The notes: a model not told the origin generated them from the sequence alone. A DNA stretch of 64,000 bases from Candidatus Adlerbacteria bacterium (GCA_003135635.1 PLCJ01000002.1:44898-108897); one strand, 5' to 3'. Counted from the first letter of the stretch, positions 52,227 to 61,830 are shown. A program made the numbers and translations.

Positions 52227-54434
52227 CTACTTCTTTAATATGCGCGCTTTGCGGAGTGCAAACCCGCGCTTTTTCTTTTTTTCTTTGAGGATTTCAAGAG
52301 CGCGCGCAAGATCAATGGTATACACATCATCCACTTTAAGTGATCGAAAATCTCCGTCATGCATCACATACGGACCGAAGCGCCCGACATTGGCGAAGAT
52401 GGGCTTTCCGCTCTCTGGATGCATGCCGAGCTCTCGCGGAAGGCAAAGATAGGTGAGTGCATCTTGAAGCGTTACACTCTCGGGCTCTTTTCCTTTGGGA
52501 AGGCTTGCACGTTTGGGCTTATCTTTTTTCCCCTTTACCATTTCTCCGAGTTGCACGTATGGACCAAAACGACCGCTCAGCAGATATACCGCCTTACCGC
52601 TCTCGGGATCTACTCCAAGCGGTGGCGGTGGTTCGTTTGATATCACTGCACCACTCTCTGTGCGTGCGCCCGTGCATTCAGGAAATCGAGCGCAGCTCAT
52701 AAACTTTCCTTGTCGGGAAAGTTTGTACACCATAGGGGAATCACACACAGGACACAGGAACTCTGCAGAGACTGGTCCTAGATTTGTGAGCTTACCGGCG
52801 CTTTTATCTTTTTCTTGTACTTCTTTTTGAAATGGTGTATAAAAATCACTCAGCGTTTTTACATACTGTCGTTTCCCCTCAGCAATTTCATCAAGCTCAT
52901 CTTCCATCTCAGCCGTGAAGGTGTCGCTGATATAGCCGGGAAAATTTTCTTCAAGAAAAGTTGACACAACATCACCTGTATCAGTAGGAACAAGAGAGCG
53001 TCCGTCCTTCAGTACATACCCGCGATCGCTGAGCGTTTTCATAATGGATGCATACGTCGAGGGACGACCGATACCGCGTTTTTCAAGCTCTTTAATAAGA
53101 CCAGCTTCAGAGTAGCGTGCGGGCGGTTGGGTCTGTTTGGCCTCTTCGTGTATAGCAAGAAGGGTGAGCGGGTCTCCCGCAGTAACTTTTGGCACCTCCA
53201 TGTCTTGCCCACGAGCCTCCGGATCAGCAAGGAGCCACCCAGGGGAGAGAATACGCGAGCCGTTTAGAGAGAAATCAGGGATACTCTTATCCTTGATATT
53301 CGTGATGACCTTCGTGCGTAGCAGTTTTGCGTCAGCCATTTGCGAGGCAATAGCACGGCTCCAGATAAGAGAGTAGAGCCTCTTTTGCTCATCTGTAGTG
53401 CCTGCCTTCAAGCGGCTTGCGTGGGTGGGGCGGATTGCCTCATGGGCCTCTTGTGCGTTTTTGCTCTTTGTTTTGTATATCTGGAGGCGGTAGCTTGCCA
53501 CACCGAACTTCTCTGCAACGACTTTTTTAATATCTTCTTGCGCCAAAGTACTCAGGTTCGTCGAATCGGTGCGCATGTAGGTGATGAGCCCTGCTTCATA
53601 GAGTCGTTGGGCGACGGCCATAGTGCGCGATGGCGAAAACCCAAGGCGAGAACTTGCTGCCTGTTGGAGGGTTGAGGTAGTAAGGGGCGCATAGGGGCGT
53701 CGTAAAACTTCGGTTTCCTTTACCTCGACCACCACCCACTGCCCGTGGGAAGCTCGAGAGAGAATGTCTTCAACTATTTTAAGATCGCGCGGCTCTTCTT
53801 CGCACGTGACACTAAATTCTATGTCGCGGGCGTTTTTAACTTCGGCGGTAATGACCCAGTATTGCTCCGAGGCAAATGCACGAATCTCCCGCTCCCGCTC
53901 CATAATGATGCGCAGTGCCGGAGATTGCACTCGACCGGCAGAAAGGCCGTAGCGCACTTTCTTCCACACGAGGCCGGAGAGGTCATAGCCTACAAGCCGA
54001 TCAAGCACACGCCTTGCTTCTTGGGCGAGCCGCAAGTTTTCATCAATGGGCCGCGGATGGGCCAGTGCTTCGGCTATCGCTTCTTGCGTTATCTCATGAA
54101 AAACGATGCGCTCCGGTTTCTTTAGTTTGAGCTCTTCCCCGATATGCCAAGCGATCGCTTCTCCTTCACGGTCAGGGTCGGTTGCAAGAATCACTTCCTC
54201 TGCCTTGCGTGCAAGGGCGCGCAGCGCAGTGATTATCTCCTGTTTGTGCGGCAGGACTTCATAGTGGGGAATGAAGCCTCCAGGAATATCGATTGCCTTC
54301 TTATTGCTTTTCGGCAAGTCGCGTATGTGTCCCACAGAAGCACGGACTACAAAATCTCCCGAAGGGTCTATGTTCTTGAGATATTTCTCAATTGTTTTCG
54401 CTTTTGCGGGCGACTCGACGATGATGAGTTTCAT
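52227..54434 (-). CDS. topA: DNA topoisomerase I
   Basis: IVESPAKAKTI, DPDREGEAI, SAGRVQS, ITYMRTDS. Confidence 0.97.
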   Translation of the reverse strand: MKLIIVESPAKAKTIEKYLKNIDPSGDFVVRASVGHIRDLPKSNKKAIDIPGGFIPHYEVLPHKQEIITALRALARKAEEVILATDPDREGEAIAWHIGEELKLKKPERIVFHEITQEAIAEALAHPRPIDENLRLAQEARRVLDRLVGYDLSGLVWKKVRYGLSAGRVQSPALRIIMEREREIRAFASEQYWVITAEVKNARDIEFSVTCEEEPRDLKIVEDILSRASHGQWVVVEVKETEVLRRPYAPLTTSTLQQAASSRLGFSPSRTMAVAQRLYEAGLITYMRTDSTNLSTLAQEDIKKVVAEKFGVASYRLQIYKTKSKNAQEAHEAIRPTHASRLKAGTTDEQKRLYSLIWSRAIASQMADAKLLRTKVITNIKDKSIPDFSLNGSRILSPGWLLADPEARGQDMEVPKVTAGDPLTLLAIHEEAKQTQPPARYSEAGLIKELEKRGIGRPSTYASIMKTLSDRGYVLKDGRSLVPTDTGDVVSTFLEENFPGYISDTFTAEMEDELDEIAEGKRQYVKTLSDFYTPFQKEVQEKDKSAGKLTNLGPVSAEFLCPVCDSPMVYKLSRQGKFMSCARFPECTGARTESGAVISNEPPPPLGVDPESGKAVYLLSGRFGPYVQLGEMVKGKKDKPKRASLPKGKEPESVTLQDALTYLCLPRELGMHPESGKPIFANVGRFGPYVMHDGDFRSLKVDDVYTIDLARALEILKEKKKKRGFALRKARILKK

Positions 54435-54533
54435 ATAGGCGGTGTATCAATTCATACAATGGATTGGTAAAGAGTGCAAAACATCTCGCGCAGAGCTTTT
54501 CGAGATAGTTGATCTGCGGTATGCTTCTTGTGC

Positions 54534-55820
54534 ATGCTTGATATTACTTTTATTCGTCAAAATCCCGATATCGTTCGCGCTGCCATAAAAAATAAACATT
54601 GCGCGAATGTTGATCTTGATCGCATCCTTTCTCTTGCCGAGGAGCGTAAAGTACTCGCTGGAAACATAGGGGAAATAAATCATAAGCGCAATGAAGCGGC
54701 AGCGGCGCGCAGTGCAGAAAGCGGTAAGGCTTTGAAGGAAGAACTCAAGGGGATGGAAGAGAAATATCAAACCCTTGAAAAAGAGTTGGTATCGCTTCTC
54801 ATTAAAGTGCCTAATATTCCCTCTGCCGATACTCCTATCGGAGCGGATGAGTCAGGAAACGTGGTTTTACGGGAATGGGGGGAGCGGCCGAGTTTTTCTT
54901 TTACTCCCAAAGCGCACTGGGACATCGGCCCTGAGCTCGGCATTATCGACAATGAAAAAGCGGCAGAAGTCTCGGGCGCACGCTTTACGTATCTCAAGGG
55001 TGATCTTGTCCGTATGCAGTTTGCGTTGCTGCAGCTCGTGCTGCGGGTACTTTCCTCGCGTGAAGAGTTACAAGGAATACTGAAAAAAGCCGGACTTTCG
55101 CTTAATCCAAGGCCGTTTACTCCAGTGCTCCCGCCCCTCATGATGCGATCGCAGGTGATGAATAGAATGGCGCGGCTGGATCCAATAGAAGATCGCTACT
55201 ATCTTGAGAAAGATGATTTGGTATTGATAGGGAGCGCCGAGCACACCGTGGGACCTATACACATGGACGAAGTGATTGCGGAGGAGCAACTGCCGCTGCG
55301 CTATGTTGCCTACTCCTCAGCATTTCGCAGGGAAGCAGGAGCTGCAGGAAAGGATACCCGAGGAATTTTCCGCTTGCATCAGTTTGATAAAATTGAAATG
55401 GAGACATTCATAGTGCCGGAGGATGGTATGGCGGAGCAGGAATTTCTGGTAGCTATCCAAGAGCACCTCATGCGCTTACTTAATATTTCCCATCGGGTAG
55501 TGCTTATCTGCACCGGCGACATGGGTTTTCCCGATCAACGGCAAATAGACATAGAATCTTGGATGCCGGGGCAAGATACGTACCGAGAGACCCACAGCGC
55601 TGATTATGTGGGAGGGTTTCAAGCGCGTCGCTTACACACGAAAGTAAAACGCAAAAGTGGTGAATCAGAATCAGTGCATATGAATGATGCAACTGCCTTT
55701 GCGATGGGTAGAACACTCATTGCAATTCTTGAAAACTATCAGCAGGAAGACGGCACGGTTACGGTTCCAGAGGTACTTCGTGCATACGTCGGGAAAGATA
55801 CGATCACAAAATCTGAGTAG
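54534..55820 (+). CDS. serS: Serine--tRNA ligase
   Basis: MLDI..IR.NP, FRREAG, RLHQFDKIE, N.TAFA.GR. Confidence 0.96.
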   Translation: MLDITFIRQNPDIVRAAIKNKHCANVDLDRILSLAEERKVLAGNIGEINHKRNEAAAARSAESGKALKEELKGMEEKYQTLEKELVSLLIKVPNIPSADTPIGADESGNVVLREWGERPSFSFTPKAHWDIGPELGIIDNEKAAEVSGARFTYLKGDLVRMQFALLQLVLRVLSSREELQGILKKAGLSLNPRPFTPVLPPLMMRSQVMNRMARLDPIEDRYYLEKDDLVLIGSAEHTVGPIHMDEVIAEEQLPLRYVAYSSAFRREAGAAGKDTRGIFRLHQFDKIEMETFIVPEDGMAEQEFLVAIQEHLMRLLNISHRVVLICTGDMGFPDQRQIDIESWMPGQDTYRETHSADYVGGFQARRLHTKVKRKSGESESVHMNDATAFAMGRTLIAILENYQQEDGTVTVPEVLRAYVGKDTITKSE

Positions 55821-55860
55821 TCTTCCGAGCGTCACTATTTTTGCTTGTATGATGTAGAGC

Positions 55861-56688
55861 ATGGCCTCTCGGGTAGTGTTTCCTCAATCACGGATACAGG
55901 AGCAACGTCGCAAGCGTCGTGCATGGATGACCGGTGGCTATATGCTACTCAGTATATGTTTTGTCGGAGGCCTTATCGCCCTGTCCTGGATTCCTCAGTG
56001 GCGCGTGAGCATAGTTGAGGTCACGGGCACACAAATAATTGCTACCTCAAGCGTTGTGGGGTACGTGCAAAATGAGCTTGTTGGTAGGGATATCTATCTC
56101 TTTCCCAAAAATAATGTCCTCTGGTACCCCAAGCAAGAGATTATAGCGTCGCTTCCCGTAGAGTTCCCGATGCTTCAATCGGCCTCCATAGAACTCCAAA
56201 ATCTTCATACCATTGTAGTACACGTCTCTGAACGCAGCGCGCAGGCGCTGTGGTGCGGAGAGCAAATGGCCACGGGGACCCCTTGCTATCTCCTTGATGG
56301 CAGCGGCCTTCTGTATACGCTCGCGGCCAATTACTCTTCAAACGTCTATATTGACTACTACGGGCCGGCTGCCCAAAGCGTGCTGCCACGGCAGTATCTA
56401 GAACCCGCACAGTTTGAATCGCTGAGTGCGCTCGTGGCGGCGTTTGGAGAAAAAGAAGCAACAGATTCCATTCAAAGTGTCTCAGTTGATGCCACGGGGA
56501 ATACACAAGTGGTTTTTGCAAGTGGTTTTGTGCTTATGTTTACGCTTAGCCAAAATCCGAGTGATCTTCTTAATCGATTTTCTCTTGCACTCACCACAGC
56601 TCTCTTTACCGCGCATCCGCTTTCCAATTTTTCCTATCTTGATATGCGCTTCGGGGACAAACTGTACTACAAACTCAAAGGGCAGTAG
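55861..56688 (+). CDS. FtsQ/DivIB-like cell division protein
   Basis: Basic N-terminus, TM, POTRA-like region (V.V.G...V.VSER), C-terminal YLDMRFGDKLYYK. Confidence 0.75.
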   Translation: MASRVVFPQSRIQEQRRKRRAWMTGGYMLLSICFVGGLIALSWIPQWRVSIVEVTGTQIIATSSVVGYVQNELVGRDIYLFPKNNVLWYPKQEIIASLPVEFPMLQSASIELQNLHTIVVHVSERSAQALWCGEQMATGTPCYLLDGSGLLYTLAANYSSNVYIDYYGPAAQSVLPRQYLEPAQFESLSALVAAFGEKEATDSIQSVSVDATGNTQVVFASGFVLMFTLSQNPSDLLNRFSLALTTALFTAHPLSNFSYLDMRFGDKLYYKLKGQ

Positions 56689-56698
56689 AGTGCTGATT

Positions 56699-57670
56699 AT
56701 GCAAGGATTTTGGGCAACTCTGCCGCGTCCTTTTTTTGTGTTGGCACCTCTTGCCAATGTCACTGACGTCGCATTTCGTCGCCTTATCGCCACTTATTCA
56801 AAACCTTACGGGCCCGATGTCATGTATACAGAATTCGTATCGGCGGACGGACTGATACGCGGCAATCGCGAGGTCCTTATACGTGACTTAGCATTTTCCC
56901 CCAGTGAGCGTCCTATTGTCGCGCAATTTTTTACCAGTAGTCCCGAGGCGATGGAGGAAGTTGCAACGCTTGCCTCTGAGCTCGGCTTTGATGGAGTTGA
57001 TATTAATATGGGCTGCCCTGACCGAGCAGTTGAAAAGCAAGGCGCGGGCGCAGCACTCATGAAAGACCCAAAGCTCGCCTGTGCGCTCATTGAAGCGGCA
57101 CAACGCGGGGCAGGCGAGCTTCCCGTCTCCCTTAAAACTCGCCTTGGCTACAACACGGATATGCTTGAGAGCTGGCTTCCCGCGCTTTTTTCTTGTCGGC
57201 CTGCTGCCATTGTGCTTCATGCCCGTACCCGCAAGGACCTGTCGAGCGTACCGGCTCGGTGGGAGAGAATACGCCAAGCGGTTGAGATTCGAGATGGGAT
57301 GGGATCGCAGACCTTACTCATAGGCAATGGAGATGTTTCGGGTATGGAAGACGCGCGGCAAAAAGCAGCTGAGACAGGTGTCGACGGGGTCATGCTTGGT
57401 CGGGCTATTTTTGGCCGACCGTGGCTTTTTGACGAGGGAAAGCAGCCGGACTTACAAGAGCGCCTGAGAATTGCTTGTGAGCACGCAGCCTTGTTTGAGG
57501 AATTACTGGGGGATATCAAAAGCTTTGCCATTATGAAGAAACATTTCAAAGCCTATGTTGAAGGTTTTCCAGGAGCCAAAGAGCTGCGCGCTACTCTTAT
57601 GGAGACAAAAAATGCCAGCGAAGTCAGGGAGGTGATAGAAACTTTTTTGGGCGGTATACTCAAGGAGTGA
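56699..57670 (+). CDS. tRNA-dihydrouridine synthase
   Basis: LAPLANVTD..FR, DINMGCP, GAGAALM, HART, GNGD, MLGRA. Confidence 0.92.
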   Translation: MQGFWATLPRPFFVLAPLANVTDVAFRRLIATYSKPYGPDVMYTEFVSADGLIRGNREVLIRDLAFSPSERPIVAQFFTSSPEAMEEVATLASELGFDGVDINMGCPDRAVEKQGAGAALMKDPKLACALIEAAQRGAGELPVSLKTRLGYNTDMLESWLPALFSCRPAAIVLHARTRKDLSSVPARWERIRQAVEIRDGMGSQTLLIGNGDVSGMEDARQKAAETGVDGVMLGRAIFGRPWLFDEGKQPDLQERLRIACEHAALFEELLGDIKSFAIMKKHFKAYVEGFPGAKELRATLMETKNASEVREVIETFLGGILKE

Positions 57671-58722
57671 CAAAAAAAGATGAGCGCGCCCCTCAAGCGC
57701 TGTACCGAAAATATCGCCCCACCACCTTTGATGAAGTTCGCGGACAAGATGAAGTGGTAGCGGTGCTGCGCGCGGCTGTAGCTAAGGGTGTCATCGGACA
57801 CGCTTATCTCTTTGCGGGGAGCCGCGGCACGGGTAAAACGTCGATGGCGCGGATTTTGGCGCATGCACTTAATGTCAGCGAAAAGGATCTGTATGAAATT
57901 GACGCGGCGAGCAATAGGCAGGTTGATGACGCGCGGCAACTGCGCGAAGGAGTGGCGACGCTGCCCTTTGAGTCAATGTATAAGTTCTATATTCTCGATG
58001 AGGTGCATATGCTCACAAAAGAGGCGTTCAACACGCTTCTTAAAACGATCGAGGAGCCACCCAAGCACGTGATTTTTGTTCTTGCGACCACGGAGCTTGA
58101 AAAAGTACCCGAAACGATTCAATCACGCTGTCAGGTATTTCAATTCAAAAAACCTTCTCGAGAGGCGCTCAAGGAGCTAGTGCTTGATGTGGCAAAAAAA
58201 GAAAAAGCTTCTCTTTCGCCTACCGGTGCGCAGCTCATCGCGCTCATGGGAGATGGTTCTTTTCGTGATGCGCTTTCAATTTTGCAAAAAGTTCTTACGC
58301 TTTCAAGTGATACAAAGCTAATGGAAGAAGAAGTTGCTAAAGTCGTTGGTGCGCCTCCAGGAAGCGTCGTCAATGATTTTCTCACCGCATTTGCGGAGAA
58401 ACGTATTGGAGCGGCACTTGAGGTGTTCCACAGCGGACTTGCCGGGGGCGTTGATCCGCGGGTCTTTACTTTATTGGTTGTAGAAAAAGTGCGCGCGGTA
58501 CTTCTTTTGCGGTTTGCTCCAGAGCTTAAAAAAGAGCTTCATGAGCAATTTGGCGAGGATGATTTTGTATTTCTTACTACCCTCGCGGGCAAGAAGGGGA
58601 GTACAATACATGCGGCTCTGTTGGCTGAACTTATTACTGCGCTTATTGAAATGAATCGGGCGCCCGTGCCCCAAATACCTTTGGAGCTTGCTCTGTACCG
58701 TACGATGGAGCAGGATAAATAA
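57667..58722 (+). CDS. dnaX: DNA polymerase III subunit gamma/tau (short form)
   Basis: LYRKYRP..F, GSRGTGKTS, EIDAASN, DEVHML, TIQSRC. Confidence 0.95.
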   Translation: MTKKDERAPQALYRKYRPTTFDEVRGQDEVVAVLRAAVAKGVIGHAYLFAGSRGTGKTSMARILAHALNVSEKDLYEIDAASNRQVDDARQLREGVATLPFESMYKFYILDEVHMLTKEAFNTLLKTIEEPPKHVIFVLATTELEKVPETIQSRCQVFQFKKPSREALKELVLDVAKKEKASLSPTGAQLIALMGDGSFRDALSILQKVLTLSSDTKLMEEEVAKVVGAPPGSVVNDFLTAFAEKRIGAALEVFHSGLAGGVDPRVFTLLVVEKVRAVLLLRFAPELKKELHEQFGEDDFVFLTTLAGKKGSTIHAALLAELITALIEMNRAPVPQIPLELALYRTMEQDK

Positions 58723-58725
58723 TAT

Positions 58726-58799
58726 TGGGAGATCGTCTAACGGTAGGACAGCGGCCTTTGGAGCCGTGAATCTAGGTTCGATTCCTAGTCTCCCAGCCA
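58726..58799 (+). tRNA. tRNA-Gln(TTG)
   Basis: gcggc-ct-TTG-ga-gccgt; encoded CCA. Confidence 0.95.
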
Positions 58800-58823
58800 G
58801 TATGAGATAGGTTCGGACTCCGA
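58791..58823 (+). repeat. Site S1 (attL-like: tRNA end plus right arm)
   Basis: tcccagcca gtatgagataggttcggactccga. Confidence 0.85.
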
Positions 58824-58841
58824 TAGGAGTAATATATTTAT

Positions 58842-59060
58842 ATGGGCAAGACTACAAAAATTGTCATAGGCGTAATCGTTGCAGTTGCCGTTATTGTGGC
58901 TGGCTATGTGTTCCTAAGTGCCCACAACAACGATGCAAATCAAAATACCAGTAGCAACGCAAACCAAGGCATCATAATAGGAGGCAATCCGTATGACCAA
59001 ACGCATTTACAGCGCACCCTGAATTCCGGAGGAACACCTGGGGACGGTGGCGGAGGGTAA
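58842..59060 (+). CDS. Small membrane-anchored hypothetical protein (cassette 1)
   Basis: 72 aa, N-terminal TM, upstream AGGAG. Confidence 0.7.
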   Translation: MGKTTKIVIGVIVAVAVIVAGYVFLSAHNNDANQNTSSNANQGIIIGGNPYDQTHLQRTLNSGGTPGDGGGG

Positions 59061-59129
59061 TCTTAGTGAATCCTAGGTTTTAGTAAATCGCCAGATGCCG
59101 CAGATCATGCCGAACCTTTTGCTATAATG

Positions 59130-59158
59130 GTTCCAACTTTGTACCAGACACCCAGTCA
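59130..59158 (+). repeat. Site S2 (left arm plus core)
   Basis: gttccaactttgtaccagac acccagtca. Confidence 0.85.
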
Positions 59159-59176
59159 ACTCGGTATAATGCTTAC

Positions 59177-59677
59177 GTGACATACAAATCCAAACTTATA
59201 GTCATTCGAGGCAATTCAGGTGTAGGTAAAAGTACTATAGCCAAGAAATTAAGAAACCCTAGCGATCGTAAAATAGCTATCGTCGAGCAAGATTACCTGC
59301 GTCGTTCCATCTTGGGTGAAAAGGAGAAGAAGGACGGCGATAATATTGATTTAGTGTTTCAAACAGTATCGTTCGCTCTTTCTCGAAAGTATGACGTGAT
59401 TCTTGAAGGAATCTTAAGTTTCTCGCGATATGGGACGATACTTAAAAATTTAAGAGATACTTGTCCAGAGAATTATTTCTATTATCTCGATATTTCCCTG
59501 GAAGAATCATTTAAACGGCATGCCACAAAACCAAACTCTCATGAGTTTGGGGAAGAAGAGATGACCCAGTGGTATAGACCTTTGGACTTATTAGGCTTCA
59601 CAAACGAGGTGTTAATTCCTGAGACCTCTTTGCTGGATGAGACTGTAGAGACCATACGCACCCAGACGGGCTTATAG
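59177..59677 (+). CDS. P-loop kinase / AAA_33-like protein (cassette 2)
   Basis: IVIRGNSGVGKST Walker A, QDYLRR, VILEGIL, RHATK; TATAAT 6 nt upstream. Confidence 0.85.
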   Translation: MTYKSKLIVIRGNSGVGKSTIAKKLRNPSDRKIAIVEQDYLRRSILGEKEKKDGDNIDLVFQTVSFALSRKYDVILEGILSFSRYGTILKNLRDTCPENYFYYLDISLEESFKRHATKPNSHEFGEEEMTQWYRPLDLLGFTNEVLIPETSLLDETVETIRTQTGL

Positions 59678-59679
59678 TA

Positions 59680-59732
59680 GTTCCAACTTCGTTCCACACA
59701 CCCAGCCAGTTTGAGATAGGTTCGGACTCCGA
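59680..59732 (+). repeat. Site S3 (complete attP-like site)
   Basis: gttccaacttcgttccacac acccagcca gtttgagataggttcggactccga. Confidence 0.9.
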
Positions 59733-59751
59733 GGAGAGTAAAGAAATTTCC

Positions 59752-60324
59752 ATGCCCTCACGTCCAAAATATGCGACCCCTAATTTTTTAGAGTTTTATG
59801 CGCTCTTCCCATTTCCGGATCCAAAATCAAAACATACTGCAGATCTAGCGCTCTCATACTACATATACGCTGAGTATCAATACTTCGCTTACGTCAATAC
59901 ATATACTAAGTTTTTTAAAATAGAAAATCCTAGCCATGATGAAGTAATGGCTCATCTTCGTGAATCCTGGTCATTCGCATTTGGAATGTATGGACAGCTT
60001 CGCACGACCATCGAAGCCTTGAGGGGGATGAGAAAAATGATAGGTGATAAAGAACCCATAGACAAGTATTACGAAGAAAATATTTCCCGGCTCGTGGATG
60101 TCATGAATGACATCGTTAAACATCCAATGTATAAGCATTCAGAGCCGTCGGAAGCTTGTGAACCACAGGCACTTTCTATGAATGGTGAAATAGATATAAT
60201 CACCTGGTCTGACGAGGGAGAATCGTCCAAAGAAACCCTCGACCCAGGGAAGGACTTCATGGTTATACATGACTACCTTGAGTATCTGGCCGAGAGGCTC
60301 TCAGGTACTAAGAAAACAAGTTGA
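59752..60324 (+). CDS. Hypothetical helical protein, possibly HEPN-like (cassette 3)
   Basis: 190-aa ORF; MNDIVKHP resembles a degenerate RxxxxH motif. Confidence 0.65.
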   Translation: MPSRPKYATPNFLEFYALFPFPDPKSKHTADLALSYYIYAEYQYFAYVNTYTKFFKIENPSHDEVMAHLRESWSFAFGMYGQLRTTIEALRGMRKMIGDKEPIDKYYEENISRLVDVMNDIVKHPMYKHSEPSEACEPQALSMNGEIDIITWSDEGESSKETLDPGKDFMVIHDYLEYLAERLSGTKKTS

Positions 60325-60376
60325 GTTCCACCTTTGTACCAGACGGTCGGCCAGTTTGAGATAAGTTTGGACTCCA
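60325..60376 (+). repeat. Site S4 (complete attP-like site, variant core)
   Basis: gttccacctttgtaccagac ggtcggcca gtttgagataagtttggactcca. Confidence 0.9.
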
Positions 60377-60382
60377 AGGAAT

Positions 60383-61495
60383 ATGAAAAACAAAGAAGTA
60401 AAAACCAACCTAGAAGAATTTTACAAGAAGGTAAGGGCTTACCGGGATTTGCTTTTGGAATCTCGAAATGCCTACATGCCAGAGATTGAAAAGAATCATG
60501 AGCAAATTGCTCAGCAAAAAAAGGATTTGATACGTGATTACGCAAAACTGCAATCTGTAATAGAAAAATTTGGGAAAAAGCCGAAGATGAATGATGGTGT
60601 TTGGAATGTTTGGTTTTCTCCCTACGATAATGCTTTTACAAGCGACACTTTGATTAGGGTTGGGCCATCTCTTGATGCGGTGTTAGAAGACCTTGATTTT
60701 GCGATAGGAAAACTAGAAGGCATCGACGACGAAGAGGAAGTTTTAATAAAACCCAAAGAGCATAAAATTAAAAAGTCTCCTGTGTTAAAAGAAGGAGAGG
60801 ATTTTTTGAGTAAAATTGACCGCGCGATTAACTTAGCTGAGCAAAAGTTGCTAAAGGGAGAGGAACTTAATAATTTAATTTCGGATTTGAAATCCTATAA
60901 GCCACCAACAGAATCTGAGGAAATACCCAAAAGAAAACTTGAGAAAATTCAACGCGAGCCAAATACGGTTTGGAGCGACCCAAAAGGTTACGCAATCGGT
61001 GGTGTTGCGCTACTCTCTCCTTGGAGAGAGGTATTTTTGGAGCTAACTTCGCCTGAGAAATCGTCGTCCCAAAGATATTTTCGTCCCGGTTCAAGAGAGG
61101 AAATACTCGCATATCTGCGACCTCTAGTATCTTCTGCAAAGAGTATTCGAATATACGATAATTATCTTGGCGATGAGGTGTTAAAGCTCTTAGAAAGCAG
61201 TGCAAGTGATGCTGAAATACAGATTCTCGGGGGTGGAGGTCAGGTTGATCCTCGTTTTATTAGTAAACTCCCTGCGTTTGCGACATATTTCGATAAAAAA
61301 ATAGAGGCTAAAAAAACGTCGAAGGTTGCTCATGCGCGCTTCTACATTGTTGATACTCTCGTTTACCATGTAGACCCCTCTCTAAAAGGCAACGGTGCTG
61401 ATCAAGCGACAGTTATATCTCCTCTTGAAAAGACAGAAGCAGAAAAGGTAATTAATGATTTTGAGCAATGGTGGTCGTTGGGAGAGAAAATTTAG
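60383..61495 (+). CDS. Hypothetical protein with C-terminal PLD-like domain (cassette 4)
   Basis: SIRIYDNYL...HARFYIVD..VYHVDPSLK resembles HDRF-type PLD/nuclease domains. Confidence 0.65.
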   Translation: MKNKEVKTNLEEFYKKVRAYRDLLLESRNAYMPEIEKNHEQIAQQKKDLIRDYAKLQSVIEKFGKKPKMNDGVWNVWFSPYDNAFTSDTLIRVGPSLDAVLEDLDFAIGKLEGIDDEEEVLIKPKEHKIKKSPVLKEGEDFLSKIDRAINLAEQKLLKGEELNNLISDLKSYKPPTESEEIPKRKLEKIQREPNTVWSDPKGYAIGGVALLSPWREVFLELTSPEKSSSQRYFRPGSREEILAYLRPLVSSAKSIRIYDNYLGDEVLKLLESSASDAEIQILGGGGQVDPRFISKLPAFATYFDKKIEAKKTSKVAHARFYIVDTLVYHVDPSLKGNGADQATVISPLEKTEAEKVINDFEQWWSLGEKI

Positions 61496-61535
61496 TCACT
61501 CCGAGGAGCGTCAAAATGGTAGAGTAAAAGCATCT

Positions 61536-61787
61536 ATGACCAAAAAAGGGATCACCGGTGGCATAGTACACAAATTGCCGGAGGACTTACGAAAGGCCAT
61601 TACTTCAACGCCTGCGGCGCGAGCAGTATGGGAGGATATTACACCACTTGCGCGCAATGAGTGGATCTGCTGGGTCATTTCTGGGAAAAAAGCGGAGACA
61701 AGGAGTATCCGTATCAAGAAGGCACTCTCGAAACTTAAAGGCGGAATGCGCAGGCCTTGTTGTTGGGCCGGCTGTATTCATCGTTGA
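61536..61787 (+). CDS. YdeI/OmpD-associated family protein
   Basis: LPEDLRKA...W..ITPLARNEWICWV.S.KKAETR..RI...RPCCWAGC. Confidence 0.85.
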   Translation: MTKKGITGGIVHKLPEDLRKAITSTPAARAVWEDITPLARNEWICWVISGKKAETRSIRIKKALSKLKGGMRRPCCWAGCIHR

Positions 61788-61830
61788 AAGCGACGCCCCT
61801 GATGTTTTTCAATCTCTCTGACATAACATA

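Noticed and set aside
59066-59079. gtgaatcctaggtt resembling tRNA-Gln gtgaatctaggtt
   Set aside because: Short, needs an indel and does not continue into the T-loop; may be chance.
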